This document shows positions 46,858 to 57,257 of a stretch of 64,000 nucleotides of DNA, piece by piece; position 1 is the stretch's first letter, and each line of letters starts with the position of its first letter. Position numbers and translations under genes: made by a program. This DNA is from Natator depressus (lineage: Eukaryota): the NCBI RefSeq assembly GCF_965152275.1, contig NC_134246.1, positions 34,532,151 to 34,596,150 of the forward strand. The letters run 5' to 3'. Below the pieces are notes generated by a model that was not told the DNA's origin, searched no databases, and worked only from the letters and a program-made list of their open reading frames with translations.

Positions 46858-47525
46858 CAGTTCTTAATTGGATTGTGGACCTGGGCTTGGTCCCTCTGGA
46901 AGCAATGCAGGTGATGGGCTGTTTCCGTTGACTGTGAACCACTCTCTGCTGGTGCACTATGTTGGGGTTCAGGCTCTGGCTGAGCCTCTTGTGTAGGGTT
47001 ATCTGCTGCTGCCAATGCAGGTTCGGTGGGGCCCTCTGGTGTTGGGGTTGCAAGCACTGGATTCAGTGCTGGCAATGGTTCTGGTTCTGGGACTGGCTCT
47101 GTCTGGGTCTCTGGGACTGGATCCACTACTGCTGTTGCAGACGTTGGCATGGGGTCTGGTTCCATCACCTCTGACTGGGTCCTGGTAGAAGTCTCCAGAA
47201 CAGAGCTAGGTGTGACAGCTTGCTTCACCTGGCTGCAGTTGACCATTCCCACCCTCTTAGCTAGCTTCCCATGATTGGCCAGGTCTTCCCCCAACAGCAT
47301 GGGGATGGGATAATCATCATAGAGTGCAAAAGTCCATGTTCCTGACCAGCCCTTGTACTGGACAGGCAACTTGGCTGTAGGCAAGTCAAAAGAGTTTGAC
47401 TTGAAGGGTTGAATCGTTACTTGGACCTCTGGGTCAATTAAATTGGGGTCCACTAAGGAAGCCGTGGATAGCTGACACTTGTGCTCTGGTGTCCCTCCAT
47501 GCTGTAACCTTCTTCCCACCCACAT
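46857..47525 (-). CDS. pol segment with protease-like region and a Pro-rich linker (222-aa open frame). The catalytic D-S/T-G is not clearly recognisable.
   Basis: LVDPNLIDPEVQVTIQPFKSN...YDDYPIPMLLGEDLANHGKLAKRV, followed by a PEPEP-rich linker. Confidence 0.4.
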   Translation of the reverse strand: MWVGRRLQHGGTPEHKCQLSTASLVDPNLIDPEVQVTIQPFKSNSFDLPTAKLPVQYKGWSGTWTFALYDDYPIPMLLGEDLANHGKLAKRVGMVNCSQVKQAVTPSSVLETSTRTQSEVMEPDPMPTSATAVVDPVPETQTEPVPEPEPLPALNPVLATPTPEGPTEPALAAADNPTQEAQPEPEPQHSAPAESGSQSTETAHHLHCFQRDQAQVHNPIKN

Positions 47526-47899
47526 TCACAGTTTCCCTCTGCTCTGACGGTATCTGGGAGGCATCTGGGCCTGAGGACCTTTGGTGTGACTCCAGTGCAA
47601 TGAACTGTAATCTGTTGGGGTTCTGGGGAAGTTGGCCTTTACATGCCCCAGCTTGTTACATTTAAAACATCGCCCAGCTGACTGGTCACTGGGGTGAGGT
47701 GGGTTGCTGGAGAACAGTGTGGTGGGACAATAAAGTGTCTGGGATTTTCCTTGGGGTTCAGTTGGGGTCTTGGGTTGCCCCCGGTAGTAAGGTGTGGTCT
47801 GAGGGTGTCCTTTTGGTATCTGCTCAAATTGTGACCAGGGTTGTTCCTCTCTCCTCCCTCCACCCGTTTTGTTCCGGTTTGCCCCGCCTCTCTGGCGGT

Positions 47900-48907
47900 C
47901 TAGAACTGCTCATATTGATGAGCATAAGAAGCAAGACTTTCTGCTGAGTCTATTTTCTTATCCCATAAACACTGTTTTATATCATCCTCGGACATATTCA
48001 GGAATTGCTTCTGTATCATCAAATCCCACATTCCTCCAAAGCTAGTTACATCCCATCCTTTGAGCCATTTATCAAACAGATCTGTCATCTGGTTTACATA
48101 AGCCACATTACTTAGTCCAGGCCCTCTCGTAAGGGTTCAAAATTTTATTCTGTAAGTTTCAGGTGTAACTTGAAATTCTTTTAAAACAAAATCCTTGAAT
48201 TTACCATAGTCAGAAGCCTCACCAATAGGCATATTATTGAATATGTCCAGAGCTCTTTCAGTCAATTTTGCTACCAATGTGGTCATCTTGTGATTGTCAG
48301 GAATTTGATGGAGTGTGCACAGTCTCTCAAAGGTGAGAAAATATTCAGCAATATCACTGGATGCATCATACTGTGGGCATAGTCGCTCCCATTTGTGGAT
48401 TGTTGGGGAAGGATTGTTAGGGATATTCGGTATATTCTGGTGAGCCCTTGCCTTCTCTATCTCCAGTGCATGCTTCCTCTCTTTTTCCCTCTCCTCCATT
48501 TCTTTTTCTTTTGCCTCCATAGCTCTCCTGTGGGCAGCCTCCTGGGCTTTCTCTGCCTCTTTTGCTGGCGCCATATCTCTCCTGTGGGCAGCCTCTTGGG
48601 CAGCCTCCTCTGTCTTTGCCTTGGCTTTTTCTGCCTCTTTCGCTGCCTCTATAGCGAGTCATTTTATTTCGACCAGTTTCTGGTGTTCCTTTTCTTTCTC
48701 TTCTGCTTCCAGTCTAGCTAATTCCAGTTTCTGTTGGACATTGCTTTCTGTCATCCTAGCCTCTCTGTGTTTAACTAGCTTGACCCAAAAGTTAGAAAAA
48801 AACCCTTGTTTGTGAATTTCCAATTCGCTGTGCTGTAACCTAATACCTTTGCCTCTGATAGCTGTTCCCAGCCTACAGAGAAATCCTTTTGTAAAAAAAC
48901 CTAACAC
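47900..48907 (-). CDS. gag fragments. There are three same-frame ORFs separated by stops, a Lys/Glu-rich coiled-coil part, and a C-terminal SCAN-like capsid domain at 47900-48106.
   Basis: The SCAN-like part reads MTDLFDKWLKGWDVTSFGGMWDLMIQKQFLNMSEDDIKQCLWDKKIDSAESLASYAHQYEQ and resembles the SCAN LLVLEQFL...EL block. The coiled-coil part reads RAMEAKEKEMEEREKERKHALEIEKARA. A degenerate zinc knuckle (CFKCNKLGHVKANF) lies at ~47590-47640. Confidence 0.55.
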
Positions 48908-49012
48908 CTATGACTCCAGACAAAGAGATAGAAAAAGCTCTAGCTGCTTTCAGTTAAAAAAAAACCTCTTCAGGTCAGTGCTTTTGGTTCAAAATGATCT
49001 CTGGTTCAAAAT

Positions 49013-49033
49013 GATCCCACCACTCTGCCACCA
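49013..49033 (-). promoter_or_regulatory. Putative tRNA primer-binding site (sense TGGTGGCAGAGTGGTGGGATC) directly internal to the 5' LTR.
   Basis: It starts with TGG immediately after the LTR terminal ...TGACA in element sense. Confidence 0.35.
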
Positions 49034-49838
49034 TGTCAAGGTTCCTTCCCCACTCTGAACTCTGGAGTACAGATGTGGGGACCCGCATGAAAGATCCCCA
49101 TATCTTATTTCTACCAGCTTAGGTTAAAAACTTCCTCAAGGCACAAATCTCTATTTGTCCTTGGTCTAGGAATGCTGCCACCACCAAGTGATTTGACAAA
49201 GAACCAGGGAAAAGGACCACTTGGAGTTCCTCTTCCCCCAGCAATCTCCCAAGCCCTTACACCCCCTTTCCTGGGGAGGATTGAAAACAAGTTGAGCACA
49301 GACCAGCTTTGGGTTCCTTAGGACCCTAAAACCCAATCAGGTTCTTAACAAACAGAACTTTATTAGAAGAACAAAACAAAGACAAAAGAAACACTCTGTA
49401 AGATTAGAATGGAAGATAATCTCACAGGCAGTCAGATTCAAAATATAGAGAATCCCTCTAGGCAAAACTTTAAGTTACAAAAAGACACAAAACTAGGAAT
49501 ACATATTCCCTCCAGCACAGTGAATTTCACAAGCCAAAACCAAGAAAATCTAATGCATTTTCTAGCTAGATTACTTACTAACTTTACAGGAGTTGGAGGG
49601 CTTGCATCCTTGATCTGTTCCCGGCAAAGTTATCACACAGACAGACAGAACCCTTTGTTCCCCCCACTCCAGATTTGAAAGTATCTTGTCCCCTCATTGG
49701 TCATTTTGGGTCAGGTGCCAGCTAGGTTACCTGAGCTTCTTAACCTTTTACAGGTGAAAGGATTTTGCCTGTGGCCAGGAGGGATTTTATAGCACTGTAT
49801 ACAGAAAGGTGGTTACCCTTCCCTTTATATTTATGACA
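49034..49838 (-). repeat. 5' LTR (in element sense) of the Gmr1-like element.
   Basis: tgtcaaggttccttccccactctgaactctggagtacagatgtggggacccgcatgaaagatcccc ... ccctttatatttatgaca. Confidence 0.7.
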
Positions 49839-50114
49839 GGAGAGCCAGAGCCTGTCAACTCCTTTTGACAGGAGCCTTTTGTGTCTATTCAGAGAGGTCA
49901 GATTGGATCAGTGCTCTGGCCACCTTGGGCTCTCCACCTATCATGAGCTGTACATCAGAGCTTCCCAGCAGGGAGAGAGCTCACAGCCCCTTTTTCCAAC
50001 AACCCTGGCCCAGCCCCTGGCACTAAAAGGGGGTTTCCATCAGTTTGTGGAGCCTGTGGCACAAGGATGCACAGTTCTGATCCCACGAGCAGGACACACA
50101 CACACTTAGGTCAC

Positions 50115-50263
50115 AGTTTGCCCTGATGGTGTCTCTTTGAAAGCCGAATGTCTGATATTGTAACAGATGACTTAAGAATCATATTCTATGATTCTATGAT
50201 TCTTAGGTCGTCTGTTACAATATCAGACACTCGGCTTTCAAAGAGACACCATCAGGGCAAACT
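50115..50263. repeat. Near-perfect ~150-bp palindrome whose centre is a head-to-head pair of CR1-type ATTCTATG tail repeats.
   Basis: agtttgccctgatggtgtctctttgaaagccgaatgtctgatattgtaacagatgacttaagaatcat|attctatgattctatgattcttaggtcgtctgttacaatatcagacactcggctttcaaagagacaccatcagggcaaact. Confidence 0.7.
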
Positions 50264-51286
50264 GGGTCCCAAATTTAGTTTTGTTTTGGTTTTTTGTTTG
50301 TTTGTTTTTTCCCTGAAGCAACCACAATAGAAATAGCTCCAGAATTTTTATTTCTCAGTGTTGTGTCCACAAGGCCACATTTTCAAGATATTTAGGTACA
50401 GAGCAAATATGCACTTAGTGAGTTTTTCCGAAGTGCCCAAGTGAAATCAATGGGAGTTAGGCTCTAGCCTGCTTTGGTGGTTTTGAAAATCCCAATAAGC
50501 ATCTAAACACTTTTAAAAATCTGGCCTATCTCTGTCTTTGGGTGCCTAAATACCGCTGGAAATCTGGCCTGCAGTTTATTTCTTAAGGAATCGGCTTCCC
50601 TTGTGGTTCTGGCAACCTGAACATCGATGCATCCTGCTGATGGGTCTGAACTAGAAAGTAAAGCAGACCAGGAACAGAGATGAAGCTGGTACATCTGTTT
50701 CCAGCAGGGCTGGTTTTATGGGTGGGCGACGTGGGCGTGTGCCCAGGATGCCATGGCCGGGGCGTGCTGTGGTCAACCATCCTTCCACATACGCACAGTC
50801 AGCCCAAGGCCCCTTTAAACCCCAAGCACTGGGACTGGAGCTGGGGAGGTGCAGGGCTGGGGGCTCTCCGGCATGCGGCTCCTACTATGCACTGGGCTCC
50901 AGCTGCTAGTGCCAGCTGGGCTCAGGAGGGACAGGACTTTCTCTTCCCTTGCATGGCCACTCCCAGAGCAGGGTCAGACCCACCTCCAGGAACCTCCTGC
51001 AGCCGCAGGAAGCACTGCATCCCCCCCATGCTTCCTGTCCCCATCGCTCCCCAGTCGTGGAAGGGCGGGCGTGCCAATGGGAGTTGGGCACCTCTTTCTT
51101 GTCGGATCCTTTGAAATCCCAGCCTTATTTTTTCTTTTTAACCATTTAGGGCCTCATCCACCACTCTGAAGCAAATGACCCTCCGTAAGTGATCACAGTT
51201 CTGTGCCACGTACTTCCAGGCCTCTATAAAAATCCCACTCCAGCTGCTGGCTGTGGGTCTTACTCCTGTGTAGCAGCTCTGCCCCG

Positions 51287-52060
51287 AATATACAGTGGTT
51301 TCACAGATTCATAGGTTCCAAGGCCAGAAGGGACCACTGTGATCATCTAGGCTGACCTCCTGGCTGGTGCAGGCCAGAGGAACTTCCACAAAGAAATTCC
51401 TGGAGAATATCTTTTATTAAAAACATCTAAACTTGATTTTAAAATGGTCGGCCATGGAGAATCCACCATGAACCTGGATAAATTGTTCCAAAAGTTAATT
51501 ATGCTGGCTGTGAAAAAAAAAATGATGCCTTATTTCCAGTCTGAAGTTGTCTAGCTTCAACTCCCAAACATTGGATTGTGTTAGATCTTTCCCTGATAGA
51601 CGGAAGAACCCATTATCTAATATTTATTGCCCACATAGGTACTTACAGACTGTAATCAAGTTACCCCTTAACCGTCTCTATCTTAAGATAAACAGATTTT
51701 GCTCCTTGAGTCTATCACTAGAAGGCAAGTTTTCTAAACCTTTAACCATGCTCACGGCTCTTCTCTAAGCCCTCTCCAATTTATCAACCTCCTTTTTGAA
51801 TTGTGGTCACCGGAACAGGACACAGGTTTCCAGCAGTGGTTGCATCCAAGACAAATACAGATGTAAAATAACCTCCCTGCTCCTACTTGAGATTCCCCTG
51901 TTTGTGCATCCCAGGACCCCATTAGCCTTTTGATCCACACTATCACACCAGGAGATTATATTCAGCTGATTATCCAGCCTTCCGCACAAAATCTTCTTCA
52001 GTCACCGCTTCCCAGGATAGACTTCTCCAGCATGTAAGAATGGCCTGCATTCTTTGTTCT
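51287..52060 (-). mobile_element. Old, diverged CR1 3' fragment (ORF2 C-terminus plus 3'UTR).
   Basis: KANGVLGCTNRGISSRSREVILHLYLSWMQPLLETCVLF in ORFs 51752-51989. The 3' end at 51295-51340 reads ttcataggttccaaggccagaagggaccactgtgatcatctag. Confidence 0.55.
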
Positions 52061-53265
52061 AGATGTAGCTATTTATATGTAGCTGTATATAAATGTGTAT
52101 TTTTTCTTGTGACTGAAGCAACCTCTGTGCCATCTGCAAACTTTATCAATGATGATTTTATGTTTTCTTTCACGTCACCGTAGTGAGTGTCTACACCGAA
52201 GCACTGCAACAGTGCAGCTTCAGCTGTGCCACCACAGTGGTTTAAGTGCAGACACAGTGTAAGAGAGTTGTGCTCTTTCTTCAGTCATATTAATGTGTTT
52301 ACTCTGAAACCTAATGATCATTAATTGAATTCCACTGCTCTTATTTCTGCATATGCATCCAACTCTAGGGATACAGCTCAGCTCATTGTATGTTAACTCT
52401 GAAACCTAATGATCACAAGTTAAATGCCATTGCTGATTATTTTTTCATATGTGTTTACATGTGGCTGCTGGATGTAATCGCATTGGGCTGGGGGAAAGTA
52501 GCTGCTGAAAAGTTGGAAACTTTGGCCCTTCTATGAACTGCTTCATTTTGGTGCACACCTGCATTTTGGGGAAATCCAACTGAGCTCACTGGGCCTTGGG
52601 CTACATGCGGGCACAAGAATGAGGAGTGGATGACAGCAAGCGGGACAAAGAGTGTGCTTCCCCAGAATAAACCAAGTCCATTCACTACCACCTCTGACTT
52701 CAAAGGGCAGGAGGTACTGTAGCTGCATCTCCCCTCCAGGGCCAAACACATCATCTGCCTCCTGAGGGCCAATCCAAGTGTAACCCAGGTGAAGAAAATG
52801 ATGCTGTCTCTCCCCTCTAGTGGCTAGACCATGCACAATGGATTGTAAGTCTGCTACAGCCTTTGACCTACGGCCTCTAGTTGTTTAATTCAAGCTGCAC
52901 AAGCTCAGGGGTTCTTACTACCTGTTTGAGGATGTCCTGCTAACAGTGTTTGGTTGCCATGTAATATTTTACCTGCTTGTCTTCATGTAGCCTAAGGCAG
53001 CAGCAAAACCCAAGAAAATGATTTCAGTCAAAGACACGTTGCAGAAAAGGGAATAGACTGTCCTGGTGCTATGCTCGTCTTAGAAGAACAGCGTCTCTGC
53101 TGACAATAAGCTTTCCCCCACAATATCTGGCCCACTCCACTAAGTATCTGAGACCCACACAATCTCTAACACATGTATCCTCACCACACCTCTGGGAGGT
53201 AGTCAGCGTGATGAACCCCCTGATATAGAGGAAGAACTGAGGCACAGATTTGCAAAGGTATTGAG

Positions 53266-53800
53266 GTGCCTAGAGATGCCCTTCTTTCCCCTTTAACCTT
53301 CTCCGTTCCCCATGCCTTCCCTCCCAACTTCCTTTCCCCGCCACCTTCACCCACCTTCCCCATCTCCACTTTTCACCCTTCCACCTCCCCTTCCTCCTTC
53401 TATCTCCCCCTTCCCCCTGTTTCCATGCTGCCTTCTTCCTGGAATTTCGGGCAGGAAGGGAAGGTGGGAAGTTACATGGGGGCCTGGGGAAAGGAAAATG
53501 GAAGGGAGAGGAGTGGGTAAGGGGAGGGGGAAGGAGGGATGGGGAAAAGAAGGGAAAGGGGAGGGAGAAGGGGAACGTGGAAGGGTGGAGGAAGGAGGAA
53601 GGAAAAGGGAGGAGGTGAAGCAATGAGGAAGGGAGTTGGGGGAAGGGGAGAGAAAGGAAATGGAACAAACAGAAGGAAAGGGAAGGAAGAGGGGGACAAT
53701 CAGCAGTGTAAGGGGGAGGGGAGCAGGGGTAAGAGAGGGAAGGAGGAAGGGAGTTGGGGAAGGGAAGAACAGAGGACGGATGGAAATAGGGACAAGGGAA
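53266..53800. repeat. Strand-asymmetric low-complexity block. It is pyrimidine (CT)-rich at 53266-53465 and switches to purine (GA)-rich at 53466-53800, forming a quasi-palindrome.
   Basis: ccttccctcccaacttcctttcccc... followed by ...ggaagggaaggtgggaag...gggaaggagggatgggg. All overlapping ORFs (P/S/L-rich or G/E/K/R-rich) are compositional artefacts. Confidence 0.85.
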
Positions 53801-54166
53801 GGTGCCTGTGGAAGTGCACTTTAAGAGCTTCCTTTGTGTTCTTGCCTCAGTTTCCCCAGCAGTGCTGTCTCAGTACTGCATGGGGCCTGGAGATCTGTAA
53901 GGACCAGTGGCATCTGGCAACAAGTAACCAGCCAAGGAGAACTCCTGACCCAGGAGTCCACTCTGTCTCATGCCACTGACTCATGGCAACTCTGGCCCAG
54001 GGCCAGTTCAAGGTAGCACAGTAAAATAAGAGTTGGGGATGCTAATCAAGACCAAAATGAGCAACCAAACATGCTGAAGCCAATTTATTTATAACTTTGG
54101 TGGCACATATGTATTATTACAGGAGTTGGCACATTTACTTTTAAATATACTAAGGGTTCCTGCTGT

Positions 54167-54202
54167 CTATCTATCTATCTATCTATCTATCTAATCACTA
54201 GA
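54167..54202. repeat. (TATC)9 microsatellite.
   Basis: ctatctatctatctatctatctatctatc. Confidence 0.9.
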
Positions 54203-54842
54203 TCACAGTTGCCCATCTTTGTACTATTAAAACTCTGATCCAAAATCCATTGAAAACAATGCTGACTCCTTTACTGGATTAGGCCCAGAGTGACTCTCAA
54301 GTGTGATTAAAAGAATTTCCCCTGTATGTAGGGTAGGAAATAACCAGGGCTGGTTAAAATCTTTCCTCCAAAATATTTTGTTAAAGGAAAATTGGTTTTT
54401 TGGTGAAACAAACAGTTTTGCAAAAAGTGTCTGCTTTCCTAAAAAATAAAATAAAATGAATTGTATTTATTTATTGATTTGTCAGCAAATTAAAAACCTC
54501 AAATTTATTTATTTATTTGTTTGTTTGTTTGTTTGTTTTGTTTTTGTCCAAAATTTTAGTCTTTCAGAGGAACCTTTTTGGGTTTTCCAAAAAAAAATTC
54601 AAAATTTTCCTTGGGGGAAAAATAACCCCAGTTTCCAGCTGGCTCTAGACATAACTATGGGCTAAAATCTGAGGTCTATGCTGAGTTATGGCTAGGTCTT
54701 TGATCACACAAAATTTCACAGAAGTCAAAGGGGTTTTCATTTGCATAAGGAATGAGAGCAAATCAACTGCCTTTAGATTCAGGCTTGTAGTAACTGCATG
54801 GTACTTGTTGACATTTTAATGGTGATCACTGAATTGGGTTTA

Positions 54843-55838
54843 TTATGGGTCTTCTTGATGAATCCTCGCTTGGCCTCCAGTTACTAATGGAGACAGCCAA
54901 TTAGGCCTTTTACTTATAATTTTCCTCAGAGCTTCTTTGACCTCCTTGTTTCTCAGACTGTATATAATGGGGTTAACCATAGGGGTAATCACCGTGTACA
55001 GCAGGGAAAACATTTTATTTAGGCCTGGAGACTGGCTGGCCGTGGGAACCGCATAAATAATGCCCAAGGTCCCATAGAACAAGGTCACCACGATGAGATG
55101 GGAGGAGCAGGTGGAGAAGGCTTTCTGTTTTCCCATGGTAGAAGGGACCCTGAGAATGGTGGACAGGATGTTGGCATAGGATACTACAGTCAGCAGAAAT
55201 GGGACCATGGTCACAACAGAGGCCATGATGAATGTGGTTGTCTTGGCCACATGGGCGTCAGCACAGGAGAGCTTTATGACCGGTGCTAGGTCGCAGAAGA
55301 AATGGTCGATTTCATTGGAGGCACAGAATGGCAACCTGAAGGTCAAGACAATGGTTAGTATGGGAGTCAGGAACCCACTTATCCAAGAACCTGCTGCCAT
55401 CTGCAGGCAAACCTTGGAGTTCATGATGGCCATGTAACGGAGTGGGCTGCAGATGGCTACGTACCGGTCATAAGACATCACCGCCAGGAGAAAACACTCA
55501 GTGATAGCCATGGAACTGAAGAAATAAAACTGGGTAATGCAGCCAAAGAAGGAGATTGCTTCATGTGCAGTAAGTAAAGTTCTTAGCATCTTGGGGGTGG
55601 TAGAAGCGGTGTACCAGATCTCGAGGAAGGAGAAATTTCCCAGGAAGAAGTACATCGGGGTGTGCAGGCTCCGGCTGTATGAGATGATGGCCAATATGAG
55701 GATGTTGCCAGCTAATGTCATGATGTAGACAGCTAGAAATAGCACAAAGAGAAGGATCTGCATCTCATGAAGATCCCCAAATCCCATCAAGATGAACTCT
55801 GCAAGGGCTGTCTGATTTCCTTCTGCTGCTCTGTCCAT
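54843..55838 (-). CDS. Olfactory receptor, single exon, intact 331-aa ORF with all canonical motifs.
   Basis: LMGFGDLHEMQ, PMYFFLGNFSFLEIWY, MSYDRYVAICSPLRY, KAFSTCSSHL, PMVNPIIYSLRNKEVKEALRKII, and an N-terminal NQT site. Confidence 0.85.
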   Translation of the reverse strand: MDRAAEGNQTALAEFILMGFGDLHEMQILLFVLFLAVYIMTLAGNILILAIISYSRSLHTPMYFFLGNFSFLEIWYTASTTPKMLRTLLTAHEAISFFGCITQFYFFSSMAITECFLLAVMSYDRYVAICSPLRYMAIMNSKVCLQMAAGSWISGFLTPILTIVLTFRLPFCASNEIDHFFCDLAPVIKLSCADAHVAKTTTFIMASVVTMVPFLLTVVSYANILSTILRVPSTMGKQKAFSTCSSHLIVVTLFYGTLGIIYAVPTASQSPGLNKMFSLLYTVITPMVNPIIYSLRNKEVKEALRKIISKRPNWLSPLVTGGQARIHQEDP

Positions 55839-57257
55839 CTAGATTAAAATTGGTCCCAAATCACAAAACAAAATCATGAAAATTCTGGGAAGTGTGGAGG
55901 AGTTTTAATCTGTAGCCCAATCTATGAATTGTATAATAATTACATTGATTCCTTAAGAATTCCCAGCTATCACTCTGAGGTTTGAAAGGTTCTTGCCCCA
56001 AGATCAGGCCCAGTATTATTAAAATTACTGTTCATTTGGGAACCCTGATGTGCACGGTTGCAACACGCACACTATAGGAAGCCTTCTATATTTACAACAG
56101 TTCATTAATACATTTAGCAAAGTCACAAACACTGTAACCCAGGTAGGTAGATAGAGATAATACAGAATGTCCATCTGAACATCCATATACTCACACTATC
56201 ACTTGCAGAACAACATGAAATGTTAGCCATTGTCTTCCTCATCACCATTACCTTCTTCATCATCACCAGTGGCCATCATCCCAGCACCACCCAAGGGCCA
56301 CATCTCTCTTTCCTCCTGCCCAGAGACTGGGATACAACGCTACTATATTTAATGCATATTCAGTAGGGGTTTCTCCCCTCTTCCTCATTTGTATTTCCTC
56401 ACCCTACTAATGCTGAAGTGCCCTTCCCCTATAGGTTAGCATATTAATGATCTCAACTTATTATCATATACGTCAATTCATTGCCATGGAACTCTTGCGG
56501 TCAGACATCTGTGGATGCTTTATCCTAAAATATCCAAAAGCTGGTGTTAGCTCATGTTCCTGTGATTGGCTGGTGTTGTTATGGACAAACTTCCTCCTTA
56601 CACACTCTATGTTCAATTCCCCAAAATTTAGGGGTGACTGTTGGGCCATTTTTCTGTGTCAAAGTTCATAGGCCCTCAAGCCTTATGCTCAGTGCTGAAG
56701 CCACTGTCTTACAGGATACAGGCCTTGTGTTACTGCTAAACAGGGCTGGCCTTACCATGAGGCGAACTGAGGCGGCAGCCTCAGGTGCCAGACTGGGGGG
56801 GAGGGAGCACCACTAGGACCCAGAGTGTAGAAAATTGTGTCTGTTGCTGGTGCATATGTATTCTCTCTGCTCTAGATGCACAGAGATGGTGGAGAGCTGT
56901 GCTGGAGGAAGGAGGGCACAAGAGATATAACAGGCAGGCAGGAGAAAAGGTGAGAAGGAATAACAGAAATCAGCAAGAGCTGCAGGGAGAGAGAGGAGGA
57001 GGAGGAGCCTCTTATGTACCTCTCTAGCACCCCCAGGAGCCTGGACTGATTAACACCAGCTTCTCAGGGAGCTTCCTGTTTCCTGCTGCTTCCATGAACC
57101 CACTTGAGGAGAACAGGCCGTCAACTGAAGAAGTAGGAGCCAGTTAGGCCCTTAAGATGCTGATATCTTCCCTCCCTCAGGCCCTGCTACCAGCCTGCTT
57201 ATTTGTCCCCTTCAACTGAGTGTTGAGAGCCACTATAGCTGGCACAGAACAGCAGTC

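Larger units (their letters stand above)
43106..49838 (-). mobile_element. Gmr1-like Ty3/Gypsy LTR retrotransposon, ~6.7 kb. It has 0.8-kb LTRs (TGT...ACA) and the order gag(SCAN-like C-terminus)-PR-IN-RT-RNaseH on the minus strand. It is degraded by stops and frameshifts.
   Basis: Direct repeats 43106-43930 and 49034-49838 show ~85-88% identity by eye. The internal ORF pieces are in the listed order, and a TGG-initiated PBS sits next to the 5' LTR. Confidence 0.75.

Noticed and set aside
53266-54016. ORFs encoding P/S/L-rich or G/E/K/R-rich peptides (53270-53668 minus, 53539-53979 plus and others).
   Set aside because: They are pure compositional artefacts of the polypyrimidine/polypurine low-complexity block.
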